A stretch of 63,117 nucleotides of DNA, the filler included, from Folioceros fuciformis (lineage: Eukaryota), in NCBI GenBank assembly GCA_049999805.1. It is 6 parts of 6 records of this genome, joined end to end, with 100 filler letters (N's around TTAATTAATTAA, not from the genome) between each part and the next. Parts side by side here need not be neighbours in the genome. Positions count along the whole stretch, not along the records: positions 49,167 to 55,297 come from JBNGIO010004424.1; positions 55,398 to 59,162 come from JBNGIO010004425.1; positions 59,263 to 63,117 come from JBNGIO010004426.1; 3 more parts are not named here. One strand, written 5' to 3'. Position numbers and translations under genes: made by a program. The notes beneath the pieces were generated by a model that was given only the letters and a program-made list of their open reading frames with translations, had not been told where the DNA came from and ran no database searches. Numbering within the stretch: the first letter of the stretch is position 1; the number at the start of each line of letters is the position of its first letter. Positions 49,991 to 63,117 of the stretch are shown here, one piece after another.

Positions 49991-50811
49991 TAAGTCCTTG
50001 AGGCCACTTCACTTAAAACTAGCAATTACTTAGTCCTCTATGGCCAACATGCTTAAAAACTAGCAATTACTTAGTGCNNNNNNNNNNNNNNNNNNNNNNN
50101 NNNNNNNNNNNNNNNNNNNNNNNNNNNNNNNNNNNNNNNNNNNNNNNNNNNNNNNNNNNNNNNNNNNNNNNNNNNNNCCACCATGCTTAAAAACTAGCAA
50201 TTACTTAGTCCTCTATGGCCACCATGCTTAAAAAGTAGCAATTACTTAGTGCTCTAGGACCACCATGCTTAAAAACTAGCAATTACTTAGTCCTCTATGG
50301 CCACCATGCTTAAAAAGTAGCAATTACTTAGTGCTCTAGGACCACCATGCTTAAAAACTAGCAATTACTTGGTCCTTGAGGGCCATCATGCTTAAAACTA
50401 GCAAGTACTTAGTCCACTAGGGCCACCATGCTTAAAAACTAGCAATCACGTAGTACTCTAGGGCCACCATGCTTACAAACTAGCAATCACTTAGTCCTCT
50501 AAGGCCACCATGCTTAGAAACTAGCAATTACTTAGTGCTCTAGGGTCACCATGCTTAAAACTAGCAATTACTTAGCCCTCTAGGGTCACCATGCTTAAAA
50601 CTAGCAATTACTTAGTCCTTTATGGCCACCATGCCTAAAACTAGCAATAACTTAGTGCTCTATGGCCACCATGCTTACAACTAGCTATTAATTAGTCTTC
50701 TAAGACCATCATGCTTAAGAACTAGCAATTCCTTAATGCTCTAGAGTCACCATGCTTAAAACTAGCAATTACTTAGTCCTCTAGGGTCACCATGCTTACA
50801 ACTAGCAATAA
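49991..50811 (+). repeat. Tandem satellite with a 40-41 bp unit (ctagcaattacttagtcctctagggccaccatgcttaaaa), interrupted by an N gap
   Basis: More than 15 head-to-tail copies with scattered substitutions and no unique spacers. Confidence 0.95.
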
Positions 50812-51758
50812 CACCCAAAATCTTGTGACAAGGTAAGTAAATTAATCTACCCTACAATAGTCTGATAACTTTATAGAAAAAAGAAGAGATGGAAGTTCCA
50901 TTACTTCGTGACAAGGGGTTGTATTTACCCTACTAGTGTTGATGATGTTAAGATAGACAAACTTTTATATCTTTAGTCTCTAATTTAATATACGTGACAT
51001 AATACGACTTAGCATAATTGGGCATATCCGTTTTATTTCAAATCCATATTTTTCAAAAATAATATGTGTGTTATCATCAGTCTTTACCTCAATGTATATA
51101 TCAAAGAAAAAATGAATAATTCACCATTATAAGAAGTTGATCAGCTATTACTATTTTTTATACTAATTTATTTTTCTATTTTAAATATAATAATTTAGAA
51201 TCTTATTTATTTATTTTGAAAAAATTTAGGAAAAAAACAAAACCTTAGCTCTAAGGGTTAACAAAATATATAGTAGCATGCGCCACAGTTAGATACAGAA
51301 TACAGTGATACAAAATCAAGTCTATAAGCTAAAATGAAAGATTTCAAAAATCATAATCTATTTCCTTGTTAAGTAGGAGTTATTACTTGAAATGCAAACT
51401 TTTAAATTCTTGTTGAAAATTTGACCCTATTCTTGTAACCTTAGTATATACCTTGTAACCTTAGATAAAGAAATATATATTTAGGTAAAATAACTTAATT
51501 AAAAATATTATTTTAATAAAAAAATTAATGAAACAATGTGACCAAATAAAACACAACTCTCATACCATGTACAATTTATACCATGTAAAATTTATTCTAT
51601 TAATTTATGCTGTATATCTTATATGGTAATAAGAAATAAAATAAAATATATATGAAGTAGGAAACTAACCTATAGCTATCATAATTATATATCAACCTAA
51701 CTAATAATAATGTCAACTAAACTATAATCTCATCTTGTCCCATAACCGCAGAAGGGTT

Positions 51759-51975
51759 GATCCATAGCAAATTACAACTACAAGTGCCCTACTCTTAAAA
51801 TTGACTAGCGCTGGATCCATAGCAAATTAAGACTACAAGTGCTCTATTCTTGAAATTGACTATCATTGGATCCATAGCAATTTAAGACTACAAGTGCTCT
51901 ATTCTTGAAATTGACTATCACTAGATCCATAGCAAATTAAAACTATAAGTGCTGTAATTTTAAAATTGATTGTCA
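51759..51975 (+). repeat. 55-bp tandem repeat, about 4 copies
   Basis: gatccatagcaaatt...actacaagtgc recurs at 51759, 51814, 51869, 51924. Confidence 0.9.
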
Positions 51976-54366
51976 TTGAAAAAACATGGTTCTATGGTAT
52001 CGTTGTTGCACCCACCTTGGAGCCTGCCAGTTTTGAGGGAGAGGGGGAGTAAGAGAGTAGGAGCGGGGCTAAGGTGTTCGTTGTTCTGCTTCGGTGTGTT
52101 GGTGGCCAAGTACTCCCTTCCCATACCTACCCATAATGCTCTCTTACCTCCCAAAGTTCCTGTGCACAGTCCCCTCCTCATAGCACTCTCTTGTGCCCTC
52201 TACATGCCTCCCTACTCCACCCCTANNNNNNNNNNCATAGCACTCTCTTGTGCCCTCTACATGCCTCCCTACTCCACCCCTACAACATTGTTAATACAAG
52301 TGCCTGTTTGTGAACAACACTTACCACACTGTTGTTGTCTATGCCTACAACATTGTTTGGCCTTGCGATGCGGATGCCCTCCTTGGCAGCAACAACTTGC
52401 TCGACACTCTTGTTTCTATTCCCATGTTTCTATACTCACCTCAAGCACCATTTCTTTAATTCACATTGCCTCCTCTTTTACAACCTTCGGAATATCCACA
52501 ATTTTGCGGGGCTCCCATGTATGTAGAGGAATGGCTTTATTCATATGATTGCAAACAACTCCTTACTATGGAGCGAGGAGTAAGGAGCGAGGCGGTGAAG
52601 TGGATGTTGAAAGTTGAACCACATGCTCTCACAATGTGCCACAAACATCCCTTCGCACACTAGCCCACTACCGATAACTCTGAAGAGGTGGTTGAAGAGG
52701 AGGTGGAGGCTATGCTCACTAAAACCACCTTCATGATAAGAAATGTAAGAATTGCAAAACACGAAGGGAAGGAGGTTGAAGGACAATCTATAGTGGCTTC
52801 CACAAAGGAGGTGCATTTAAATATGTATATACTCAAACAATCTAGTGGGAGGTTGAGGAATGGCAGAAAGGCCTCTTCCCTATGAAGAACTTTGCTGTCG
52901 CAGAGCAAACTGCTTCTTTTGGTCTAAAGAAAGTATGAGGTTACCTGCTCCTTTAGAGTCCAAGGTGGGGTTTTGGTTTGGAGTTCTTGCTTGCATGGCC
53001 TGTGGATCTATTGGGCCATAGTTGTTTATGGAGATAAGGATTCAATGACTACTAAGGCCTTGCGGTGGCGTAAATTGGAGCATCTACTATTTGCTTCAAG
53101 CAATTAGTAAATGCTCCAAAATTGCTTTTAGTAATTAAGAGTAGTAGAACCTCATAAATTCAAGAGGAAGGAATAGAGGATTACATGACTTCTTAAACAA
53201 GAAAAGATACTCATTTGAATCATGTTTGTCCTTAGAGAGGGCAACATGGCAAGGGAGGTTAGTCTACCCTCCGACTGTGCATTATATGATACTTGCACCA
53301 TGCATTCCATCAAAATGGCTCACGATAGATAGCTGGTATCTCTCTTAGGGGGATGTTGTCTACCATGTGATATCTCTTCGCAGATTTTAGTCATTTTCTC
53401 TGTGTAATCTCCTCTGCAGCTTGATGCTATCATATTCTGACCTTTTTCCACTAAAAAAACGATGAAGTCCAATTCTTCAAATTGAGCAGTGTACCAAAAG
53501 TTTAAAGCATTGGAGCGTAGGCTAACAAGAGCGCACGCTCTTGTTAGCTCTTGCACGCGGATGACATGCAGCTTAAGAAGGGAAAACCTAAAACATTTAC
53601 CGAGGACCACAAGGGCAATGGCAGTGACGAAAATCACATGTGTATATTGAAGCATGGTGGAGGACTATGCTACATAGGCAAGAATCACGACCATTATGCT
53701 AGAGCAGACAAAACACAATTACGTTATAATGAGGGAAAATATAAATAGATGGAAAGGTGAAGAACCATGAATGCATAGATTTGGATGTTTGAACGGAAGA
53801 TATTGTTAGAAGATGGGTGCACATTGCTTGCCAACCATGAGAACCGAGGCAAGGATTGAACTTCCCTCGTTGCACCAAAACCGTAACAAGGAAACTTGTT
53901 ATAAGTTCATGTTGCATAGTAACACTTTTCAAGGCTTGGGTACTATAACATAATGGAAGGGAATGTTGTTTCTAGGCCTAGATTTGTTATAACCAACCGT
54001 AATATCACCCTCTTGCATGTAGTAGCATGCGGCTTCGTTTTTCTAGGGTTTAACAAGGAAAAAAAAAGAAGCAAAAACAAAAACAAGACCAAAACCAAAC
54101 CAAAACAAGGACTATGCATGTGCATGGACTATAAAGGATTCAACAATAACCAATCATAATATCACCTCTTTGCATGCGACAAGGTGGGCCTTCTTTGTTT
54201 TTCATGGCAAGAAACAAAAAAAAGAAAAAAACAAAATGAGGACTATGCATGTGCATGGACTATAGAGTGGACCCTCTCTAAATGTGAAGAGGGACCAAGA
54301 GAGCAAGAGGGAACGGATGGGGAAGGCAAGAGGAAGAGGACCAAGAGAGTAGGAGGGAGGGAGCGC

Positions 54367-54468
54367 ATGAGAGCGGGTGGAGCGAATGAGAGCGGGTGGA
54401 GCGAATGAGAGCGGGTGGAGCGAATGAGAGCGGGTAGAGTGAATGAGAGCAGGTGGAGTGAATGGAGC
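54367..54468 (+). repeat. 19-bp minisatellite (atgagagcgggtggagcga), about 5 copies
   Basis: Direct inspection. Confidence 0.9.
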
Positions 54469-55119
54469 GAGCGCTATACAATACTAGAAGTACCTATTTA
54501 TGTATATAAGAATGTATGAAGTAAAAAAAATTACTTTTTTGTATTTTTCTTTTAATTTGGTTTAATATTTATTATTTTATATATTATTTTTCATTATTTT
54601 TTCTTCTTTTATGATGGTCTTAAGCCCCAAAAATCTTATAACTACCTATCTTGGCATTTGTTTTTACACTTTCATGTAGCTTGGGAGCATGTTATCCCAT
54701 ACTCAAATTGTAGTAAGTTTTGGTAACTCTTGTATTTATTGTTGAAGGCTTCTGATCTAACTTGTATTCGCCTTCTGGGCACACTCTGCTTGTTAACATT
54801 AAATGTGCTAAGACATCATCACACGATTGAAGGCTTATGATCTAACTTGTGTTCGCCTTCTGTTCGCCTTCTAGGCACACTCTGCCTATTAATATTAAAT
54901 GTGCTAAGACATTATCACACGCAAAAGCCATCTAAAATGACATATTTGGAGATATGTTTTTATATTAGATTTGGGATTCTTTATATTTTATTATTTATAG
55001 TACTCAATTATTAAATTATATCTTTGTTATTTTTTTTAGTACTCAATTATTAAATTGTATCTTTGTAACTTTTACTTTCTTAGGGTGAATTCAATAGGCC
55101 GTGAGAACCAAATAATAAG

Positions 55120-55297
55120 ATGAAATTATCTTTGACGATGGGGCAAAAGAAAGAAATAATATTATACAAAGATGCTTATAGTGGAGCTACTAATCGAAAG
55201 GTTAGTGCTTTGGCTTCTCATCGATTCAGCTTGCCAGTTTCTGCTACGACCATAGGTCGAATTTTCAAGAAGCGAGGTGAGTTTCAAAACATAAAGG
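55120..55297 (+). mobile_element. N-terminal HTH of a pogo/Tc5/CENP-B-like transposase, truncated by the scaffold end
   Basis: MKLSLTMGQKKEII...HRFSLPVSATTIGRIFKKR resembles the LT..QK.EI...F.L.VS..TI.RILK pattern. Confidence 0.6.
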
Positions 55298-55949
55298 NNN
55301 NNNNNNNNNNNNNNNNNNNNNNNNNNNNNNNNNNNNNNNNNTTAATTAATTAANNNNNNNNNNNNNNNNNNNNNNNNNNNNNNNNNNNNNNNNNNNNATA
55401 CCAAGGCGCGCAAAAGTGTGCACCCGCCTACTTACAGGCTTGTACTCTATTTAACAAAATATCTTATCCTTCGAATCGTGGAGATTCTAGCCTTTCAGTC
55501 ATAGGGATAATAATGTAGGGTTGTATTTGGTTGGGTTGCCATCAGATTTGGCCCTTCACGTTCGTTTGCCATGTTATCCAAGTTTTGTCAATTAGCGAAG
55601 CCACGTTGGAGAATGTTTCTAAACAACGTTTGTTGCAAAAAACGTTTAAACATCCAAGGTTGCAAAACATGCTTAAAGTCCTCGCTACTTACTCAAGGCT
55701 TAGATCATCCAAAGAAAGATGAATACAAGTCAAGTCTCACTACAAAATTATGCAAAAAGAGTTAAAAACGATCAAAACCAACTTTTTATACATATTAAAA
55801 TCAAAAAATAGTAAAGATAGGGAAAAAACCTACCCCCTTGAAGCCATGTCACGTACTTGTGCGCACCATTGCCTAAAAAACGGGTTTTTTTGCTATTTTT
55901 TAGGATTTTCTTGATCATTAAGCACTTAAAATGTGTACTAGTTATTTAA

Positions 55950-56365
55950 TCGAGCGCACTTGTATGTCCCAACACGGTCATGGTGTACAAAAGTGTGCGC
56001 CAACACGATCATGGTGCACACAAGTANNNNNNNNNNNNNNNNNNNNNNNNNNNNNNNNNNNNNNNNNNNNNNNNNNNNNNNNNNNNNNNNNNNNNNNNNN
56101 NNNNNNNNNNNNNNNNNNNNNNNNNNAGTGCATGCCAACCGAGTCATTGCGCACACTTGTACGCGCCAATTGGATCATGGCATGCACAAATACATAGCAT
56201 CTGGGTCATGGTGCACAAGCTGGGTCATGGTGCACACTTGTGCAAGCCAACTAAGTCATGGCGCACACTAGTGCATGCCAACCGAGTCATTGCGCACACT
56301 TGTACGCGCCAACTGGATCATGGCACGCACAAATATATAGCAGCTGGGTAATGGTGCACACTTGT
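55950..56365 (+). repeat. Degenerate tandem repeat (~30-bp tcatggtgcacac... units, with a 143-bp higher-order duplication)
   Basis: agtgcatgccaaccgagtcattgcgcacacttgtacgcgcc at 56127 and 56270. Confidence 0.75.
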
Positions 56366-57529
56366 CAGAACGGGCCCGATCAGAGCAAGAGCTTATGCAC
56401 AGAGGTTTGCTCGTAGCACAAACTTTTGTACAACAATTGGTTTCTTAGCGAGGACTTGAAAATGCCACTTGGTTTCCAACCCGTACTTCTAGGTACCAAT
56501 AGATTGATTTAAAGGCTCCTAAATGTGGGGAGAGTAAAACAATAATGAAACCCTAGATTTGAATCCTTACCCCCTTGATCACCCGTTTCTCGAGGCATTT
56601 AAGGCTGCTTCAACATCTCGTCAACACTCAATATTGCAAAAAAAGAGGAAAAAGGGAGTGCTCGGCTAGCAGTGTCTTGGAATTGCATTGAGTTCCATAT
56701 CATGTTGTGATGGTCTCAAGCACATGGTGCGCACTTGGGCGCGCCATGCCTCATGGTGTGTGCATCATGATAGTTTGTAGGTTTTGTATTCTTGAAATCC
56801 ACGTTTTGAAAGTAATCACACACGGGCAGAAAACAAGGGTTTTTTAGAACAAAGATTATGAATGATCATTTAAAATCATGTGGACATAAATCTAATACAT
56901 TCATGTTCCGTCATATCGTTCACGGTGTGATTGCATTATGAAGAATGTTTGTTGTCTTCATTTTGCCACCTACAAAAACCCGTGAAAACCAAGTACAATG
57001 GCAAGAATGGCCATTTACGGTTTGGATTTAGAGCAAAACCCCATTTTTGTGAACAAACCCGAACTATTTCATATAGAGTTTTGCGTTAAAAGCCAACTTA
57101 TGGCCAAGTTTTTAGTTTTTGGACCAAAAGTTGTGTGGAGTGCATTCGGGATGCCCTAAAATATATTCTTTTCTAAATAGAGCACAACAACTGAAACTTA
57201 TTTCATGTTTCTTGTCCTCCACATGTTAGTATCATGCAATGCAAATATAAATGATGAAGAATTATGCCCTAAATTTGAAGAGTAGCCCACCATGGAAATT
57301 GCAAGAAGGGCCTCTTATAATGAAGACATATCTAAAAAAAAAGCTATAACCTCCTAAATAACTAAGGAAGAGGACGATAAGACTCATTGAAGTCACAAGT
57401 TCAACATAGATCAAATAGCTCTAGTAAAATCATAATGAAAAACAATGTCTTCACTTTTGGGTTCTAACGAAGTATTATAAATTGTATAGAAAGAGATTCC
57501 ATCAACCTTGGAAAGCTTATTTGACCAAT

Positions 57530-58990
57530 TAGATTGTTTAGTTGGTGAAATTGTCTCTCGATTGTACATCAATTATTCTCAAGAACACCCCTGCAGGGTG
57601 TATCGGTGACAAATCTTTGGTTTGGTGTGTCGGAAAGGAGTTATCCAACTTGGCCACTAATGGAACAGATCAGAGGCATGTTGGAAAGAGGTAGCGAAGG
57701 TCAAGGAAGAATTTGGTTTAGTGTTTGAACCCTTAGTGGCTAGACATGTTAGGCTCATTTTTTTCATGGCTGCAAGAGGGACTAGAGGATAAGGTTCAAC
57801 AAGTTTTACGACAACAACCTACCCTGGATGCTGAGGGGTGGTATACGTAATCCATTTTTAGTAAGGATACAGATTCTGAGGATGATTAACAGGAGGAGGA
57901 CCTAGAATTGGATAGGGCTATTTGGCTTTTAGGTATGGCCGACAAAGAAAACCTACGAACATTCAAGGTCATGTCGCCTGAAGGACTTTTGGAAAGTCAG
58001 GGTAGGAACGATGGTGATGTCCGAAGAGGGGAACTACAGGCCATCACGGTCCTCTCTAAGTCTGGCCGTGCAGGGCGGTGGTTCACTCAACTCGAAGGCC
58101 CTAGTGGACAACCAACCTCGGACAAACCAGTTGTCCGATGTTGGTTTCAGCTTGCGGAGAACTGGGATTTGGCATTCAGACCAGATCTCTACAAATGGCC
58201 CAGGCGTCCAGAGTGCAAGGCGGACAGCCTTCAGTCGTTCTTCAACTTCCCAATAGCCAACATATTCCTCTGGCTGATGCGAGCGCAGAAAATCAAACAA
58301 AGGCAACCAATGGCTCCTCGGCTACAACTGTCTATGCGACGACAAAAGGAAACTATCAAGCTACTTTGAAAGTTAGAAGGAATGCCCCCAAAGGTTAGGA
58401 TGACGGTTTGGTGTATTCTAGCTTGTTTGCCTAATGCGGATAGATGGGATGGGTTGTTGGTTGCTACGGGAGAAGACGAGTGACGACTGTGCTCTTCGGG
58501 TGCTCCAAAAAAAAGTTAGCACATGTTCTTCCACTTCAGCTTTGCCCAGGAGATATGGAGTGAGGTGGGCAAATGGTTGCACAGAATTCTTCCCAGCACC
58601 AACTTAAGGACCACAAAACAAACTCCCCTCTTTGGGTTGGATACAACCTCGGGCAAAGCTCTACTTCCGTCACAATGGTGGGGTTTACTATAGTCTTCTT
58701 GTCTTTTCCACCTTTGGGTNNNNNNNNNNNNNNNNNNNNNNNNNNNNNNNNNNNNNNNNNNNNNNNNNNNNNNNNNNNNNNNNNNNNNNNNNNNNNNNNN
58801 NNNNNNNNNNNNNNNNNNNCATCTAAGGCTCTGCTATGGTGCATCTGGGAGCACTTATTGATTGCAGCATAAGGTCTGAGGCAATCGCATTGGAAACGAT
58901 TCAAGCGGAGGGAGTGGAAGTCGGCGGGTTTCCTAGTTCCTAATAATGAAGAACATTGAAATCACGTCTACCCTTGGGGTAGGTTAGTTC
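57530..58990 (+). mobile_element. Decayed non-LTR (L1-like LINE) ORF2 3' region
   Basis: Broken frames with WKEVAKVKEEFGL (W..V...K.EGGLG-like), KVRMTVW..LACLP and zf-RVT-like HMFFHFSFAQEIW. Confidence 0.65.
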
Positions 58991-59981
58991 CCATGGTCTT
59001 CGGGTAAAGTTGAGGTTTAAAGCTAAATGGATTTGGTATGGTAGGTGAATGGTCTCAGCAGTCTGCTAGGGTCAGGGTGATGAGGAGTGTTTTCGGCGTC
59101 CTGTCCTATGGTCTGGGCACGAGGTCGGTTTTTCCTCCTGGTCATGGTACTCATGCTTTGTANNNNNNNNNNNNNNNNNNNNNNNNNNNNNNNNNNNNNN
59201 NNNNNNTTAATTAATTAANNNNNNNNNNNNNNNNNNNNNNNNNNNNNNNNNNNNNNNNNNNNAAGATGATGCTGGAGTTCTCATTCAGCTGGAGTTGTGG
59301 TTGGCGTTGAAGACAGGGCTAAGGATTCTAATCTTTTTTGCTGTAGTGAGGCTAGGGCTAGGAGTCGGCTGATAGATAGGGTTAGATTAGGGCAGTGTGG
59401 GAAGATTGTAGAAAACCTTGACACTAGTTCACTCCCTTAGGAGCGAATCATAGTACTGCAACGATAATAAGGGGATGTGTGGCCCTTTGGTGGTTCTTAG
59501 GTGCAAGAAATCACTCCACACACACCACCGTAGCCTCCCTGCTCGAAGCATGACTCGAGCCGGAGCCNNNNNNNNNNNNNNNNNNNNNNNNNNNNNNNNN
59601 NNNNNNNNNNNNNNNNNNNNNNNNNNNNNNNNNNNNNNNNNNNNNNNNNNNNNNNNNNNNNNNNNNNGTGCAAGAAATCACTCCACAGAGGACCTGTAAA
59701 AGATCTTACAGAGATTAGGAGGTCAATAGGGCTTGGAAGAGGAGTAGTCGTCGTCACAAATATGTGTCATCACCTTATGGTACATTATTTCAAGCGCTTG
59801 AAGGGTTTAGGGTTTAGTGGTTGGTTATTCAAAAAACTTTGCAGGTTAGGTTGCTTCTAAATTGATCCAAACCTTGAAATTTCTAAAGAATATTTGTATG
59901 TTTGTTTTATATATAGATCAAGTGACTATGTAACATTAGTTTGGCTTATACTATAAAGTTTAGATTTTATGTTTCTTTCAG

Positions 59982-60221
59982 CAATTTCTTGCAAAGCAAG
60001 GAAAATATCTTGAAGCACAAGATATTAAGAAAATTGGGGATAGAATGGAACATCTAGAGTTACAAGAAACTTTAGCTATATATCAAGTTGAGGTGGCACT
60101 CAAAGAACAATCACTACGAGCCAAACAACAAATTGAAATGGAAGTCTTATTACAACGAGCTGCACAAGGCCGTGATGAGCTTCGCAAAACAAGAGTGTTA
60201 GATATTGAGCGTTGTCATCAG
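59982..60221 (+). CDS. Isolated internal exon (240 bp, phase 0/0) of a coiled-coil protein
   Basis: tttctttcag| ... |gtatgt boundaries; open frame QFLAKQGKYLEAQDIKKIGDRMEHLELQETL...DIERCHQ within AT-rich flanks. Confidence 0.7.
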
Positions 60222-62634
60222 GTATGTACTACCAATCCATCTCTTTCTAATAGTGAATAATATATGATACAAAGTGAATTAATTATGAACTTTGTTTAAG
60301 CCAAATTATGGATATGGCATAATAACTAGACTTTATGCCTCTTATACATTAGATAGCTTTTGGTTAAGTTTATTAAGCTTTGTATTATGTAAGATCCTTA
60401 AAAATGATTTTATACCTCATTTATACTGAACAATGTTATTAAAATTTTGACCTTGTAAGCATATAATTTTTTGGAATGTACAACATCTTTCATCCACACA
60501 TTTTCAAAGGAAACTTTTAAGGAATGCTGAATCTAAAAAGAAATAATTGATAAATAATTAAGAAATAATAAAAGAACTATCCTTCATCTCTCTTAGAAAA
60601 ACAAGATGGAAAAACCCATCTACCCCTAGAGAGGAGATAAAACATGATTGGGTATTTGAATATTCTATGAGTGAACCCTCTATCTTATATTATTTTATCT
60701 TATCACTACTCATTTCATCTCACCCTTAACCCTTATCTCACGTCATCTTAGCCTTAAATCCTTAATCCCATCTAAAATTATCTCCTCTCATCTTGCCTCA
60801 TTTACTAATCCAATCCAATGTACTATAATTTAATTGAAGCTAAACCCTACGTGAACCCAAAATCGAAGTTGTATCTTATCTCATCTAACTCTAAATATAA
60901 TCCAACTCTAGTATAATTTAAGCATTCACTAAAGGTTATGATGACATACTGTAGAATATGTCAAATCTCCATCATGTTTGATTTGGTGGGTGCTGATTAG
61001 TGCTCTCACAATGGAGTTGGTGCCTCGAGTGGCTTGCAATCCTCTTTATGTCTAAGATGAGGCAATGTGCGGCTAGAGCCATTATGTGCTTGCCTCAAGC
61101 AACTCTGAAGTGCTCATGGCACTACATTCTTCTACATGAACAAGGGCCTAGGAAAAATGAGTGCTCAGTTTTGGTGTGTTTGCTCTATGAACCTCAAGTG
61201 GATCAACAACGCCAATTGGGAAGGTTCACATGGTTATATTAGCACACCTTGGACATTGCTCGACGACATGAGTTGCACAAAGTGTGAGTTCAATGTAATT
61301 CCCTTGCCACTTTGTTGAGGGACAATCAATCTTTTATAGCAAGGGACAACCATTTCACATTGATTTTGTCACTCCAAAAGAGGTTGATAGAAAGCTTGCA
61401 CTAGACATTCATTGCGTTGCATGTAGTCTACATATCCTAATGTGAAACTCACCAAACATCTGAGTGAGTTTACAATGAACCAAGGTGGTGCTCACAAATT
61501 ATCTATTGAACAAATGACTTGAACTCTTTACATGCTATTTAGTCAAACCTCAAACACCTAACATTTTCTAGGAAGAAAGGAGTTTTGTCAACATCGTGTT
61601 GACGAAACACCTTCTCCTTCAAGGACCTAAACCCTAAGCCCTAAAATCCTAAGACAACTGTGTGGCCAATTCAGTCATCCTCCGCTGGACACCGTCACTG
61701 CCCAACATGCTGAGCTTCCAGAGGCAAGATGGCGACCAAAGTACAAGACCCTTCCAAGAATGGTAGTTGATGCCATCCAACAACTGGATGACAGACACAC
61801 CTTCTTTCATGGGGAGGTACTCCGGGTTTTGACTGAAACGGCGAAGACAGTATTGGTCGAGCCGACTCCCATGGGTGAACGGACAACACCCAGTAGCCCC
61901 GACCATCCCGTTGCAGGACTTTCCTTACCAGACCTCCAATTGTTAGTCCGGTTGCCTCAGGCTGGCTTTGCCAACCTACCCATTGCAATTAGAGGAGCGG
62001 AATCCTCACCGGGCCCCGCCTCACCTACGCGGATATCTCCTACGATCTCCTCCCCTGGTACCACCCCGCCTACCCCATTGTCAGCTCATTAAGGTTTGAT
62101 GATAATGAGCTAGTTGTCTTCTGGCAAGATTAGCCTGCCCAAGTCTTAGAATAGTTTTTGCATTTATGATTGTCCTCTAGGCTGCTGTGGAGGCAAAACC
62201 CCGGGCACTGATTGCCAACGGGTTCTACCTTTAGTGGCCACACTTATCCCACTGTCGTTGAGATATTGGGTTTCGTTCCCACGAAGGAGCGATGGGGTTC
62301 CTTGCTACTATGGATGGAGGGTCGGACTCAATCGACTCGATGATGGATTCGAGGGCTTCCCTCCAGCTCCGATCAGGCGTAGGACAGGCCTTGCTGTCAA
62401 GCGGTCAGCTGCACCTCTCTTGGTGCCCACAAACTCACTCCAATCACNNNNNNNNNNNNNNNNNNNNNNNNNNNNNNNNNNNNNNNNNNNNNNNNNNNNN
62501 NNNNNNNNNNNNNNNNNNNNNNNNNNNNNNNNNNNNNNNNNNNNNNNACAAGAGTGGACAGGTTGAGAGAAAGACACATCCTTTACAATCAATAGCTAGG
62601 GGGAAGCCCCTTCACCCTGGTCATTACACCTTGT

Positions 62635-62752
62635 GATCCTACCAGACACTATACAACCGGCAACACGCTGCCTGCGATCCTACCAGACACTGTACAGCCG
62701 GCAACACGCTGCTTGCGATCCTACCAGACGTTGCACAGCCGACAACACACTG
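62635..62752 (+). repeat. 41-bp tandem repeat, about 3 copies
   Basis: gatcctaccagac...caacacgctg recurs at 62635, 62676, 62717. Confidence 0.88.
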
Positions 62753-63117
62753 CAGGTCCTAAACCAAGCAGGGACAGACCACAAGAGCTCGTGAAGAGAG
62801 GACCTCCAGGAGCTCATGAAGAGATAGACTGACTCCCAAAGTGAATGACTCCCTCCTCCTACAGGCTCACCTGATCTTATAGGAGCCTCTCTCTCTCTCT
62901 CTGACTTCACCTCTCTCTAACTTGAGAAATATTATTTTAATAGCCTAGTCGGCTGTCACCAGCCACTTATTTAGACTTCTAGCACAACCTGCCACCAATG
63001 AGCTCCTGGCCCTACCACCACAAGGATCTACCACCTCTTAGACTATCCAGAGACTTCGGAGGATGTCTGATCTTCAAAGATTTGCGGACGCCGCCTCTTC
63101 CTTGCTGGATGGTCGCC

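Noticed and set aside
49991-50811. 40-bp repeat array as a CRISPR
   Set aside because: Units are head-to-tail with no unique spacers, there are no cas genes, and the context is eukaryotic; this is a satellite.

Overview
Eukaryotic nuclear DNA from a non-seed land plant. The combination of a flagellar DRC4/GAS8 gene, DYW:KP-type PPR genes and short introns points to a hornwort, lycophyte or fern (inference). The window is an artificial concatenation of six scaffolds joined by 100-bp N44-TTAATTAATTAA-N44 linkers, so adjacency across linkers is not biological. Scaffold 1 (1-17111) has a PPR pseudogene, a dormancy/auxin-repressed (DRM1/ARP) gene with a duplicated 3' flank, and two decayed Ty1/copia internal regions enclosed by one pair of LTR-like repeats. 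Scaffold 2 (17212-40246) is gene-dense: O-fucosyltransferase, NEET, tyrosylprotein sulfotransferase, three intronless PLS-PPR genes with DYW:KP (GRP-type) deaminase domains, and DRC4/GAS8. Scaffold 3 has chloroplast NADP-malate dehydrogenase. Scaffolds 4-6 are AT- and repeat-rich (satellite, pogo-like and LINE remnants, one orphan exon). The main observation is that the DYW:KP editing factors carry an N-terminal WWDNR...PDF...LWL...P.WV module matching the PDF ssDNA-binding motif of OSB proteins, present in 2, 1 and 0 (deleted) copies in the three paralogs.
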